Source of the DNA: Trypanosoma brucei
Taxonomy: Eukaryota
Assembly (NCBI GenBank): GCA_000002445.1
Contig: CM000208.1
Location: 1,792,001 to 1,856,000, forward strand
Length of the DNA: 64,000 nucleotides
Direction of reading: 5' to 3'
The translations under genes were made by a program, and so were the position numbers. This document shows positions 42,101 to 51,705 of this stretch, in pieces (positions within the stretch are counted from its first letter, which is position 1; every line of letters starts with the position of its first letter). Under the pieces are notes generated by a model, which did no database searches, was not told the DNA's origin, and worked only from the letters and a program-made list of their open reading frames with translations.

Positions 42101-44508
42101 CCGTGCAGCACTATGCGGAGCTCGTCTTTAGGACTATTGCTCAACTGAACGAGCATCTCTCCACGCATCCACGCCGCGCCTTTGGCACTAAAAGAAAGCA
42201 TCAAAGGAACGCGACTACGTGCTGGTATTATGCCGTACACGGGGTTGCACCCGAAAACTGAATTTGATCCATGGCCGCTAATGGCATCACTTCCGCAATC
42301 CTTCCCTTTCGACTCTTGGCTCTCCAGACGTAGGGCGACCGCGAAGGAAACAATCACACCTCCACGATTCTCCAGTTCAATAACCGTGTGCGTGGTGCCG
42401 TCAACAAGGCACTTAGGAAAGACGATGTGCTTCGGTGCCCCCACACAGGAAACAATGCTTCCAGCCTCCGCATCGGAGCACTGAATAATCTGTTGGCAGT
42501 GCACGGTAAAGTAATGAGGAGGAGTGAAACTTCCCTCCTCGATTAAAAGGAAGGACTGCATCTGCTTGTAGTTTACATAGCACTCAAGATGCTGGTCGCG
42601 GAGTGAAGTGCCTGCTGCCCGCGACCGAGTAACGGTGAAGGTGCAGTAAGAGTGAGGCAATATATCTTCCTGCATGGGCGTCACGCTGAAACTGCAGTCG
42701 GCGGGGAGGCACCAGTACGCCGTCGCCACCGTGTTGCTCCGGTTGTACACGTTCACATATTGAGGTTCGTTCCTTGAATCCACAAAAACTAATGCCTCTG
42801 TGCTCAACACGAAGGGGGCGCCGGTGGAGAAAGACGAGTTCCACCGAGCGAAACTAATACGGCCCCCGCTCTTTTTGCGACAACCTCCCGTCACCAACTC
42901 ACTGGAGGTCGTCGGGTCACGATGAAGATCTCGCAGCATTGCCAAACTAGAGGTGGAAAGTAGATGCATCAACGTGTCGGGCACCTTGCCACCCCGCAGA
43001 ACCTTCGAAAGGAGGAACAAATCCTGCGGTTCAGATGCCCCAAGGCCGACCTCGTGACGCCAAAAAAACTCCTCCACCTCCTTCAACCCGAACGACATGG
43101 GGCGGATGCTGTCATCGTACGCAGAGCCAAATAAGTCGACGAAAACAACGTGTCTCGTGAGGTTCATGATAATGTGCAATCGCCGTAGATAATTCATCGG
43201 GTATGTAGGACAGAACTCCACCCACATCCGCTGGGTGCCTTTAGCAGGGAGTTCTCCGGTCGTCGGTGTTACAACAAATGACGCGCCTGGAGAAACACCA
43301 AGAACATAGAAGTTCACAGACACGTCTGAGAGGTTCTTGATGTAAAAAGAACGCCGCAATGCCCGGCGGTGCTCATAAACAACGATGTTCTTTTCCATCC
43401 GGATGTCACCAAAGTTCATGGAAGTCACTGAAGCAACCACAGTGGGCGCAACCACAACACCGCGCAGCAGCAACGTAACCGTGTTCCCAGCGAGTGCTTT
43501 TACGCACAGCTTGTCAGAAAAGGCAGCACCCACCGACGTCGCAGCGAAGGTAACTTTGAACTTCTGTGCCTTCCCCCGCGGAATAACACCGGTCCGCGGT
43601 GCGGCAGTAAAGGGGCATGAGAAGTCCTCCCTTTCCACCTCCAAACTGAACACCGCGTCAACCACTGAGGGATTTTCGACATCAAACTCCATAGTGTGCA
43701 CCTTACCAACGTATACGGTACCAAAATCTAACAAGAGACTCCTGCCATCCTGCAACAACTGCATCTCACGACCGCTGAGGCAGCTGTCGTCAGGGGTAGT
43801 TGAGCCGGTTACGGTGCTAGGCTCCTTCGACACGCGGATGAAGGGGTACTTGGCAACACCAGATATCTTTATTGTTGAGAGTAAAGAACCACACGCAGCC
43901 ATTTTGCACACCGCCTGAGCAATCAAAACACACGCCTCCGACGGCGTGAAAGTTATGCACAGGTCCACTGTTTCATTTTCCCGAAGCTCCCCGCTTGTGG
44001 GTGTAATGCCGAAGGGCGCCGGCACCTCCCATTCGTACGAGACGGTGGTGGTACCCACGTTCTTCATGGCGACGATTTCCCTCGCAGTGGTAGCGGTTGG
44101 AACATAGCCAAAGTCATGGTGTGGAGGCACTTCGACCCTCGCCGTCGGTATTTTCCCTTCCAATTTCACGAAAAAGCTACCCCGACCAACGACAGTCACC
44201 TCAAACATGTCACAAATATCAACAAGCTCCGTTGGGCGGAAAGATACTTTAATATCGGTGGCCATGCCACTGCTGAGTGTAACCGGATCGGGGAAATCCA
44301 TGATAAAAACTGTCTTTCGCAGCGGCAGTCGGTACACTATAGTTTGCTTTTTCATGTCTAAATTTCGTATCCGCAGCCTCTGGGTATATTCGCCGCCTGG
44401 CTCCCAGTGGCGCCATAGGAGTCGACCAACGCAATCAACGCCGAGCGTTCGCTTCCGCTGCTCCCGGCCATCTGGCTCAAAAGACATTTGACAACTAAAC
44501 AAAAGCAC
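39103..44508 (-). CDS. Large (1801 aa) protein composed of many MSP/ASH (PapD-like) immunoglobulin-fold repeats; resembles flagellar/ciliary CFAP65-, CFAP74- or hydin-like proteins
   Basis: Recurrent ~100-aa beta-sandwich units carry the ASH-type pattern (L.F..V.VG.....F.I.N.S..P..F....P..F...P..G.L.PG....I.V.F.P). Examples are IRNLDMKKQTIVYRLPLRKTVFIMDFPDPVTLSSGMATDIKVSFRP, HDFGYVPTATTAREIVAMKNVGTTTVSYEWEVPAPFGITPTSGELRENETVDLCITFTP and LDFGTVYVGKVHTMEFDVENPSVVDAVFSLEV...GVIPRGKAQKFKVTF. Confidence 0.65.
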   Translation of the reverse strand: MLLFSCQMSFEPDGREQRKRTLGVDCVGRLLWRHWEPGGEYTQRLRIRNLDMKKQTIVYRLPLRKTVFIMDFPDPVTLSSGMATDIKVSFRPTELVDICDMFEVTVVGRGSFFVKLEGKIPTARVEVPPHHDFGYVPTATTAREIVAMKNVGTTTVSYEWEVPAPFGITPTSGELRENETVDLCITFTPSEACVLIAQAVCKMAACGSLLSTIKISGVAKYPFIRVSKEPSTVTGSTTPDDSCLSGREMQLLQDGRSLLLDFGTVYVGKVHTMEFDVENPSVVDAVFSLEVEREDFSCPFTAAPRTGVIPRGKAQKFKVTFAATSVGAAFSDKLCVKALAGNTVTLLLRGVVVAPTVVASVTSMNFGDIRMEKNIVVYEHRRALRRSFYIKNLSDVSVNFYVLGVSPGASFVVTPTTGELPAKGTQRMWVEFCPTYPMNYLRRLHIIMNLTRHVVFVDLFGSAYDDSIRPMSFGLKEVEEFFWRHEVGLGASEPQDLFLLSKVLRGGKVPDTLMHLLSTSSLAMLRDLHRDPTTSSELVTGGCRKKSGGRISFARWNSSFSTGAPFVLSTEALVFVDSRNEPQYVNVYNRSNTVATAYWCLPADCSFSVTPMQEDILPHSYCTFTVTRSRAAGTSLRDQHLECYVNYKQMQSFLLIEEGSFTPPHYFTVHCQQIIQCSDAEAGSIVSCVGAPKHIVFPKCLVDGTTHTVIELENRGGVIVSFAVALRLESQESKGKDCGSDAISGHGSNSVFGCNPVYGIIPARSRVPLMLSFSAKGAAWMRGEMLVQLSNSPKDELRIVLHGEGFRPELLVEDSSMITMRPACVTGVTERSLRITNPTTVPISFESSPSQPLQGVVFVEPPVGVLQAGMGMNLVVSFCPQDPVLYEGHITFSISTHDETQPSSNATRRAVDPLVGRERESQSSSCNNTPRELSLSDGKRIISCPFMGEGRQSVVEVEPVVIEHEGPAAQEKTFEWTIYNSSVCEVCYEVRWLTKTRRMNWEGEDTPMIHLSNNRCGALAARSHTVVLVTLRPPAGVTDCILYTLVGGRGVDLSSIACPTNLHEVQQHPHCEVRLKGTRPAVQITDVRSLQQHRSQLWCQLAINSINNVLAAPVQSVDVERDSFAFPQYVQGVEPIYMDVGVGCVDDDDKEIMLCVENAGSCAAPFRFWYPIDHEGGNETWFVEDEELEDVQQILSNRLLEISPREGTIPVNSHAVITITYRHVSVGTHCLPVLLRLDKGKKALLVLEGRTVADNTHALAFHHPPVYQLHPIALGDVEPPLQSSTIENTSSHPMTYVVQEDLVEQVCAANCGVPVFQCMNPEGVIPPGGSTQLHWYFRPLEVRTYTIDVGLQIVNGEGYSMRFCGVGYHPKKTSTGEACNTINDAFLPIPVSPSLRLPSRLCPVSLSIDVMRIGAVPRFSLHRRICYVENRHNSFSYSFSWATSLEPGSSTISVSPNSGVVRPGQRVRCVLALQCGKLSQIIEAPIFCRVVNETLIEDKSVSPMYVEAAAAPEDEEADEEDDTDPLLDVKPQTKTRFERSTCTKRRATYMGKKRPSVIEAPPEYQSLRVLSAAAAPALHSGVADHNTMSLPLKKRADEGPVLAHSLEVLVQARIMPVDEYQRLYGECAVRQVYFPPLYENYVRPQSASLVGDRLKQTIKDFTRGNVRIVRRMLEGLLRTVVDCPPVRNAFTETIKEEIPQYRELVSMASNSFVRDPPSSTYGANKSSDPGSGAAGATEAMPPTTGVTQRLTTTAGTPCKDQGVLPPWNNSALLNLVEKLLNDVAVRTITQDMGAGLLGRRS

Positions 44509-45424
44509 TACTGACTACGGTCCTGCACAGGGCAGAAATACAAAAACTCGCGCACCCTTCTCCGTCCCGTCTATGAATCCTGTGTATCTTCCCAGCAAGC
44601 GATCACAAAACGTAAAAAGAAAGGGGAAAAAATAGAGGCAAGTGACACACAATTTGCATTTTTCACTTCACCAAACCCAACGTAGAAGACAACTCCAAAA
44701 TGCGCAACGGAAGAAACCTGAATGTGCCCGCTTACACCACACGAGATGGCAGCTTCCGCATCCTCTTCCCCTCCGGGTTAGATGCTTGTGGAGAGAATGG
44801 AAAGGAAAGAACCGGCAGGAATTAAATAGCTACCCCTAATAACTTTGTATTCTGCGGCGCTCGGGTTGTACGTGGTAAAAAGATAAAACAAGTGCGTTGC
44901 AAACAATGGCAACGCAGAAAAGGGTCACAAAGAAGAGGTGAACTCCGGTATTCGCTTGCCCCATAAACTCAAACAAACAAACAAGAAATAAAAGGAGATG
45001 GGGGAAACAGCGATAACAATGTTAGTGACATAAGTAAATGGTGCAATAGAGGTCGACAATAAACCGAAAACCAGTGACAGAACTAATGAGGACCATTATA
45101 TTGGAGTAAAACAGGAAGTATAAAGTGGTAGTATACGAAAAGCGGGGTGAAGAGAACTAAAGCAATGGTAGTCAGACACCTGGCCGCAATTTATAAAGTG
45201 AGAAAGTGGAAAACGGTGCATGTTATGCTCTGGAACCCCACTACTTCGGACGTCTACGAAGAGACGAGCAGCCACGAAGAACAATAGCGATAACCTTACC
45301 AAAGAAGGTGCAACATGGAAGCAATTGCCTCCTCACATAGCAGACCATACAATGATGTTTGCCGCGGATACCGCGGCAAACCATAGTACACAAGCACGTT
45401 GGAAAAAAAACGTTGGAAGTTTCC

Positions 45425-47419
45425 TCACTGAAGATACTTCGCACGCGCCAACAAAGCGAAGAATGCCAACACCATGTAAACCGCAACACTTGCTGCGCAC
45501 GCGACGATGTATTCCGGGAGTTCTTCCGGAAAATACCCCTGCAACCTTGCATACGTCGCGCCATCCGGAAAGCAGAAGGGCACCTTCGGCTCACACACGA
45601 ACTTCAAACCATCAAATTCGTTCACCACAAGCCCCGCTAGGCCGTAGCGCACAAACGAAACATATTTGAGCCAACGCCAAAAGAATGGAAGGCTCTGAGT
45701 GCCCATCAAGACACCCCCCGAGGGTAGAAGCAAAAGCACAAGCACCAACGGTGCCACAATGTTCGCCACTTGTATGTTTCTCGACAAGCTCGAGAGGAAT
45801 AAACAAAGAAAGTAGCTGTTCAGCACAACAAATGTGCACGTACAGGAAAAGAGGAGGAACTTACCCACACCCTGTTGCAGACCCATCGTGAAGTACACTA
45901 TAATGTCGAACAGGAGGTTTGTCACAACGGTTATCGGCACGTCCTGAACAATCTTCCCTATGTAGTACGCAAGCACACAATACATCCCGGCACGATGCTC
46001 TCTCACGAAAATAGCACGCTCCTCGATGAAAAGATTAAGGGTTGCTAGGCACGAAAGCGCTGTATTCATGGTTACAAAAAATAGCGAGCCCATTCGATTC
46101 CGAATAGACAGCTGATCGTTACCCAACTGAAAGTACACAGAGCCGATCACTGTCCCGAAAAATGCCGCTGCAACGATACGGGCCACCGCCGCGCTGGAAT
46201 CCCGTAGTTTGCTTAACACCGCACGCCACGCCACGACATAGATTTGTTTCGTGATGCCACGGTAATATGGTGACGGGTCTCCCCCTGGAAGACCATCATA
46301 TCCATAACTGCACCTTTCGTTGATGGCACCAATCTCACGCTCCACCACGGCGAGCAGTGAAGTGTGGAAGGCGGTGACAATGCCGGAGCACGTTCGTGAC
46401 ATGGCTAAAGCACAGTTTTGACCTACACCACTTTTAAAAAACTCCTCACTTGGTGGCAGAGCCACAGCGTCCAGTAAAACATCTGCTGGATTGTCCAGCT
46501 GCGGCGGCGCGACGCCTACACCCTCGAGGAATCGCATGACTGCACTCGCGGGCCCGAAGTACGCCTGCTCACCTGACCCGGTTAACAGCAGCAACTTGTC
46601 AAACAGCTGGAATATGCTTTTGCGTGGCTGATGAATTGAAAAGACAACAGCAACACCACCAGCTGCTATCTCCTTAAGGACAGTAAGGAGATGTTGGGCA
46701 GTAAAGGTGTCAAGGCCTGTGGTTGGTTCGTCAAGGAATAAAATGGATGGCTGGGACACCAGCTCCATGGCGATCGCGCAGCGCTTCTTTTCTCCCCCGC
46801 TGATTCCACGGACCATCTGCGACCCAATTCGTGAGTTCTGTACGTGATCGATGCCCAGAAGTCGCATGACACGCTGAATGTGTGTTTCCAGCACACTGCG
46901 TGTGAACGACGGCGGAGTGCGCAGCTGGGCGGCGTATGAAATGCTTTCTTTCACAGTCAAATAAGGCCAAAGCAGGTCTTCCTGCTGTACGTACGCACTG
47001 ATGCGGCGAAACGATCCCAGGTGAATTGGGTGCCCCTGCAACAGCACCTCACCACCTATAGTCCCACTCTTTTGTCTTTGCGCCATTATGTCAAGAAGCG
47101 TCGACTTACCGGCACCAGACGGACCGAGCAAGGCAAGCAACTCACCACCTCTCACATAGCCCGAGATACCGCGTAAAATTTCTTTTGGCCTCCCTTTGTC
47201 ACCTTGGACAGTGTATGTGATATTTCTAAACGTTAAGGCCACAGGCTTCTCTGGCCCCAATGAAGCGGGGTCTTCTTGCTTTGGGCCCTTAACTAGAAAA
47301 GAGGTCTCCTCTTCTTCGGCATCTGTAAACTGTGTGAAACAAGGAGAGCTGCCATTGCCCTCCATTGGACCCGTCCTTACTGCTGGTGCAAAAACTTCGA
47401 GCAAGTTAATGAAATGCAT
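45425..47419 (-). CDS. ABC transporter, ABCG (white/half-transporter) subfamily: N-terminal nucleotide-binding domain followed by a 6-TM domain
   Basis: Walker A LLALLGPSGAGKSTLLDIMAQR; ABC signature ISGGEKKRCAIAMELV; Walker B ILFLDEPTTGLD. The C-terminal half has hydrophobic helices. NBD-then-TMD order is typical of ABCG. Confidence 0.88.
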   Translation of the reverse strand: MHFINLLEVFAPAVRTGPMEGNGSSPCFTQFTDAEEEETSFLVKGPKQEDPASLGPEKPVALTFRNITYTVQGDKGRPKEILRGISGYVRGGELLALLGPSGAGKSTLLDIMAQRQKSGTIGGEVLLQGHPIHLGSFRRISAYVQQEDLLWPYLTVKESISYAAQLRTPPSFTRSVLETHIQRVMRLLGIDHVQNSRIGSQMVRGISGGEKKRCAIAMELVSQPSILFLDEPTTGLDTFTAQHLLTVLKEIAAGGVAVVFSIHQPRKSIFQLFDKLLLLTGSGEQAYFGPASAVMRFLEGVGVAPPQLDNPADVLLDAVALPPSEEFFKSGVGQNCALAMSRTCSGIVTAFHTSLLAVVEREIGAINERCSYGYDGLPGGDPSPYYRGITKQIYVVAWRAVLSKLRDSSAAVARIVAAAFFGTVIGSVYFQLGNDQLSIRNRMGSLFFVTMNTALSCLATLNLFIEERAIFVREHRAGMYCVLAYYIGKIVQDVPITVVTNLLFDIIVYFTMGLQQGVGKFLLFSCTCTFVVLNSYFLCLFLSSLSRNIQVANIVAPLVLVLLLLPSGGVLMGTQSLPFFWRWLKYVSFVRYGLAGLVVNEFDGLKFVCEPKVPFCFPDGATYARLQGYFPEELPEYIVACAASVAVYMVLAFFALLARAKYLQ

Positions 47420-47887
47420 TCAAAAGTAGTGGGGCACAACTGAAGCGCAACAATCGTACTCACGGGACAGAGTGGTTGGAGAATAAAGCGGAGGGAATGT
47501 TTGTGGGCACAAAAGTGCCACGAGCAGAAGCACCAGTATGGAGGGGGGACGACGATCAACCCCAAGTAAACATCCAAAACAGTGACAAAAAACGATGTAA
47601 AATAGAAGAAAGGTAAAATAACTCCCGTAAACCTGCATGTCCATGTCTGGCAGCGGAAACGAAAAGGCGTTGCACGCAGCACGATGAAAAACAAAGGAAA
47701 CAATGTCTCCCAGTTTTGTCTTGTTTTCATTGAAATGTAAAAGGAATCTCCGGATCGAAGTAAGATCAAAACGAATGGTATTTAAATAAAAGAAGAACAC
47801 AAATTCCTGAAACACGCATGCGTGTACGTAAACGTAATGAGACGTAAGCTTCCCCCCCCCATCATGCCACCAGTGTCAACGAGTAGG

Positions 47888-50044
47888 TCAAACTTCAGCG
47901 ACGACAGCATAAGCGTTTAACCTCCTTATTATAAGGCCGGCATCCAGAAGCTGCTGAATCACCGAACTTAAACACATTCCAATATGATGTTCTCCACCCA
48001 TTCGCTCAAAAAGACACCTCACAACCTCTTCAGGCACTGCTGAGCCATTACACGCCCGCTGTTCAGCCAACATCTGGCGCAACAGCACAAGGCAAGCGGC
48101 CTTTTTTCCTACCCTTTTTCGCTTGTGTGCACCAGCAGCGGAACGTGATGCGGGACCATAGACCGGTCCTTCCGATACGAAGTGATCTAGTGAGCTCAAA
48201 CCAGCTGAGGTCGTGGCAACGGACACGGCTGACTGGAGAGTCGTGGACGAAGCTGAAGCAGCCGTATCCGCAGTCCACAGGTGATGTTTGTAACACAACC
48301 AGACCTCCTCCGCAAGGGTTTCGTTCCATCCAGCGACACAGGCACGACGACAATCGCCGCTCTGAGCTTCAGCCTCAACATTGCAAATCCCGTTGAGTAT
48401 GAGCCGTGCAATGTTTAACTCCCATAGCACTACCAAATGTGAGCCGAAGGTCTTTTCGCATTCGGTGACCCCGTATTGGCACCGCTCGGAAAGACGGCTA
48501 AGGTAAAACGCTGTGAATTCGTTAACAGGAATGGCCGCCTCCAAGGATGCGGCACACGGCGCCTCCTTCACAATGATGTGAAGTGTTGCGCTGCTTAACG
48601 GTCCGTGGCACATCGAGACCCTGCTGCTACCTAATGAGGTAGAGCGAGACCGAGGTGCCGACTTCGACTGCGAGCGGGCCACGGAAGCAGCAATAACCTC
48701 ATCGCCGACTAACGCAGCGTTCTGTAACAGCAAGTTGGCGGTGGTGCGAGCCACAAGAGTAAACTGCGGTACGATAGCCGCGATGCCGAGGTTGTCATCA
48801 TTGGAAGCAGCGGTAATCTGAGCACGGGTACGGACCACCCCACCACGCAGGGTGGCAGCCCCACCAGTACCGCTGCCGCCTCCACTGTTTATGGGACACA
48901 GGCCACATAGGAGGCCTCCCACATGATTCGTGAAAGCACCGCTGCCGTTGGCAGGCAACTCATCGATGACGAGTGAGTCCACCGCGGAAACCGCACCAGC
49001 CATAAGAAGTTGCTGATGCACGTGTGGGTACGCTGCAGTGATAGCCTGCGAAGCAACTGTGGATCGCTGCCCTCCGCGCATAACGTGGGCACCAACAAGT
49101 GTGGCGCAGGAGCCTAAAAAGTGAAGAAAAGCGCGCAAAAGCGCCGACTTCCCCGAACGGGAGGGACCGAGTAGTAACAAGTGAAGAGGCCGCCGACTGC
49201 GGCAACGAAGTGAACGATATATCGTGTGTGTGGCGACAAGAAGAAGCATCGACTTGCACAATTCTTGACCCGCAATCTCTGGAGCAAATGCTCTCGTAAG
49301 CTGTTTAAAAGTAAGAGGTGGCGTAGCCGACACAAGGGAGAATGGGTCCCTAGTCACTTCGGCGGTTGCTAGCATTGGCCGCATCACCCACTCCACATCG
49401 CTACATCGTTCAGTGTTGTGAATAACGTAAGCAGTACTTCCATCATCCATACTGCTTGCATACATAACGGCGCATAGTACATCCCCCAGGCGCATCTGCG
49501 TACCAACATCACCATAGGCCCATGCGGAGAAATGCCGCATGCTGTCCAGCAGCTGTATGACGAAGTGTGTGCGGCTGCAGAGAGCAGGTTGAAGTCGCTC
49601 AGTTGATGATGACACAAAATCTGTACCACGCCAACCAAGCTGAACAATGTCCGTCGTAGTAGGCAGAAGACGCAACGCGACGACTCGTATGGGACGTCGA
49701 TGCAGCACACCATGGATGTCAGAACCATGCGGCAACCTGGGAAAGGGCGAAGAGGAGGTTGCGCTGATTAGAAACGCACATTCCGAAAAACTATAAACAT
49801 TTTCAAAGGAAGAAGCCAAGCACCGAAGGTAATACAGCGCTAGCGGTTCGTCCTGTAGATTCCAGACTCTCTTTTCCCAAGTAGCACACAACGATGGTGG
49901 TGCTGGCGGCCCGTCTTGCAACAAGTTGAGCAAATCTGTGTACGTTAATCCGCCAACACCAGAATTTTTCTTAGAAAAATCGTGCTGCTGAAGCCATTCC
50001 CTCACGTAGCGCATCCATTCTCCCGCCAAACAGTCAACTGCCAT
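47888..50044 (-). CDS. Divergent MCM-family AAA+ protein with degenerate ATPase motifs (candidate MCM-BP / MCMDC2-like paralogue, not a core MCM2-7)
   Basis: APEIAGQELCKSMLLLV matches the MCM P(S)IYGHE.IK.ALLL element just before Walker A. Walker A is LLLGPSRSGKSALL (GKS present, GDPG absent). Walker B is degenerate, LVIDELPANGSG instead of CIDEFDKM. ARTTANLLLQNAAL is sensor-1-like. No clear arginine-finger SRFD. Confidence 0.45.
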   Translation of the reverse strand: MAVDCLAGEWMRYVREWLQQHDFSKKNSGVGGLTYTDLLNLLQDGPPAPPSLCATWEKRVWNLQDEPLALYYLRCLASSFENVYSFSECAFLISATSSSPFPRLPHGSDIHGVLHRRPIRVVALRLLPTTTDIVQLGWRGTDFVSSSTERLQPALCSRTHFVIQLLDSMRHFSAWAYGDVGTQMRLGDVLCAVMYASSMDDGSTAYVIHNTERCSDVEWVMRPMLATAEVTRDPFSLVSATPPLTFKQLTRAFAPEIAGQELCKSMLLLVATHTIYRSLRCRSRRPLHLLLLGPSRSGKSALLRAFLHFLGSCATLVGAHVMRGGQRSTVASQAITAAYPHVHQQLLMAGAVSAVDSLVIDELPANGSGAFTNHVGGLLCGLCPINSGGGSGTGGAATLRGGVVRTRAQITAASNDDNLGIAAIVPQFTLVARTTANLLLQNAALVGDEVIAASVARSQSKSAPRSRSTSLGSSRVSMCHGPLSSATLHIIVKEAPCAASLEAAIPVNEFTAFYLSRLSERCQYGVTECEKTFGSHLVVLWELNIARLILNGICNVEAEAQSGDCRRACVAGWNETLAEEVWLCYKHHLWTADTAASASSTTLQSAVSVATTSAGLSSLDHFVSEGPVYGPASRSAAGAHKRKRVGKKAACLVLLRQMLAEQRACNGSAVPEEVVRCLFERMGGEHHIGMCLSSVIQQLLDAGLIIRRLNAYAVVAEV

Positions 50045-50789
50045 CAGTTAGCTTTACACGCCTTTACTTGCACATCCTTGGGAAATTTAGACAGGAAGAG
50101 AAACGTGAGGATAACAGCAGACGCACAGTACATGCACCGGGGGGTTGGTGAGAAGCACCTGCAATGGAGCACCAGCAAGCACAGTCTCCGCTATATCCTT
50201 CGTGAAAAATACGAGCAGCACGCACATTAACTTTCAAACACGTTCATTTGCTATACTACTGGTGGTTCAAGAGCAGCATACCAGACCTCGCAACGGCGTG
50301 CCGCAGGTTGACGTCCCAGGCGTAGAAGGAGAAAAATTACTCGGCGTGGAGCAGATCAAAAGGAGGAGCCACAGCCCTGTTTTTCGCCCAAATGAGGTAT
50401 TCAATGGCCCCTTATGCGGAATGTTGCTCTTACTCCTCCCTTCACCACTCGGACGTTTACGTGCAGGATGGGGGTGTTCTACAAGCCGTCCCCACTAGTG
50501 AATGCCCCCTTTTCCCCTTCCCCCGGAGAGCAGCAGCAGAACAGTAACCTCAAACTGCCGTTCCAGCCCCCGCTGGTACCATTAAAGTGGAGCGTACAGG
50601 TGTCATACGATCCCCTCTCCTTTGGTGCTACCACCTACGCCTGACGTCCATTTGAAGCAGGACATGCTCTGCAAAATGCTGGATGCGTCTCCATGGCGCA
50701 ACGCATGCGTATCGGGTGCCATTATGAGAGGTCAGTGCCACCGGTACCCGTCGCTGCCACTTTTCCCCACCGGCCCTACCCTCGAACGG

Positions 50790-51050
50790 CTATAGGGGTG
50801 TAATACCCCACTCTGTTCGGTGCTTCCGCATTGCCTCACAAAAGGTCTTTGTGTACACCGATTCGTAAACCTCACCAGCAACTTCGCTCAGAGCCTGCCG
50901 GTAGGCTTCATTGCGCAACGCTTTTACTCGCAGCTCGTAATCCAGTGATGCCATCAGCAGTTCCTGGCCGGCACCGTCACCGTCACTGTCACTATTGCTA
51001 CCACAAGGTTGCGGCGTAATACCTAGCATTTTCTTTCCTCCTGTCTTCAC
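50790..51050 (-). CDS. Possible small protein (86 aa)
   Basis: Non-repetitive ORF on the cluster strand in a 1.6-kb gap between larger genes. No domain recognised. Confidence 0.2.
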   Translation of the reverse strand: MKTGGKKMLGITPQPCGSNSDSDGDGAGQELLMASLDYELRVKALRNEAYRQALSEVAGEVYESVYTKTFCEAMRKHRTEWGITPL

Positions 51051-51705
51051 TACGGCGACCGATGAGAAAGCGGAAACAGGAAAAGTTAGTAATAAATGAC
51101 GTTATCCTGTTTGCATGCGGGCGCATAGGGAGCCTTGGTCGCAATGACGGACACAACAAAATGAAAGAGGCGAGCACTATCAGAACACAAGGGGGGCGGC
51201 GCCCACGTTGTTGGGAACTGCACGTGAGCACCAGCACTCGATAGGAGGGATTCCCTGTGCCTAATCCTATTGTTTCTGTCTTCACCGAGCTAAGGTCCTC
51301 TCAGCATCTGCCCCAAAGTTGAAAAAAAAAGGGGGTACACACATGCAGACCCCGACAAAGTGGCCTGGCAACACGAAGCCGACGCCACATCGCAGTTAGA
51401 TGTGGACTCACTTCACGCGCAATGCTCGCGCTCGCCGTAATAAACGCAAAGCTTTCAGTACAAGCTCCCGTAGACATCACAACATCGTGCTCACGTTCAG
51501 TGTCTGCATACACGTGAGAGTCACCTAAAACATCAACGTCTGAATACAGAAAAAAAAAAAAGGCAGCCACCTCCCTCCACAAGAAAATGCTACCCGCCAC
51601 AACAGCGGAATGGCCCGAACGAACGGAGCGCCGTGTACTGTCCAAGCAGAAAATGCCAGGGCGGCTCAACAGCACTCACAACTCGTACGCCGCTGCAAAG
51701 AAATC

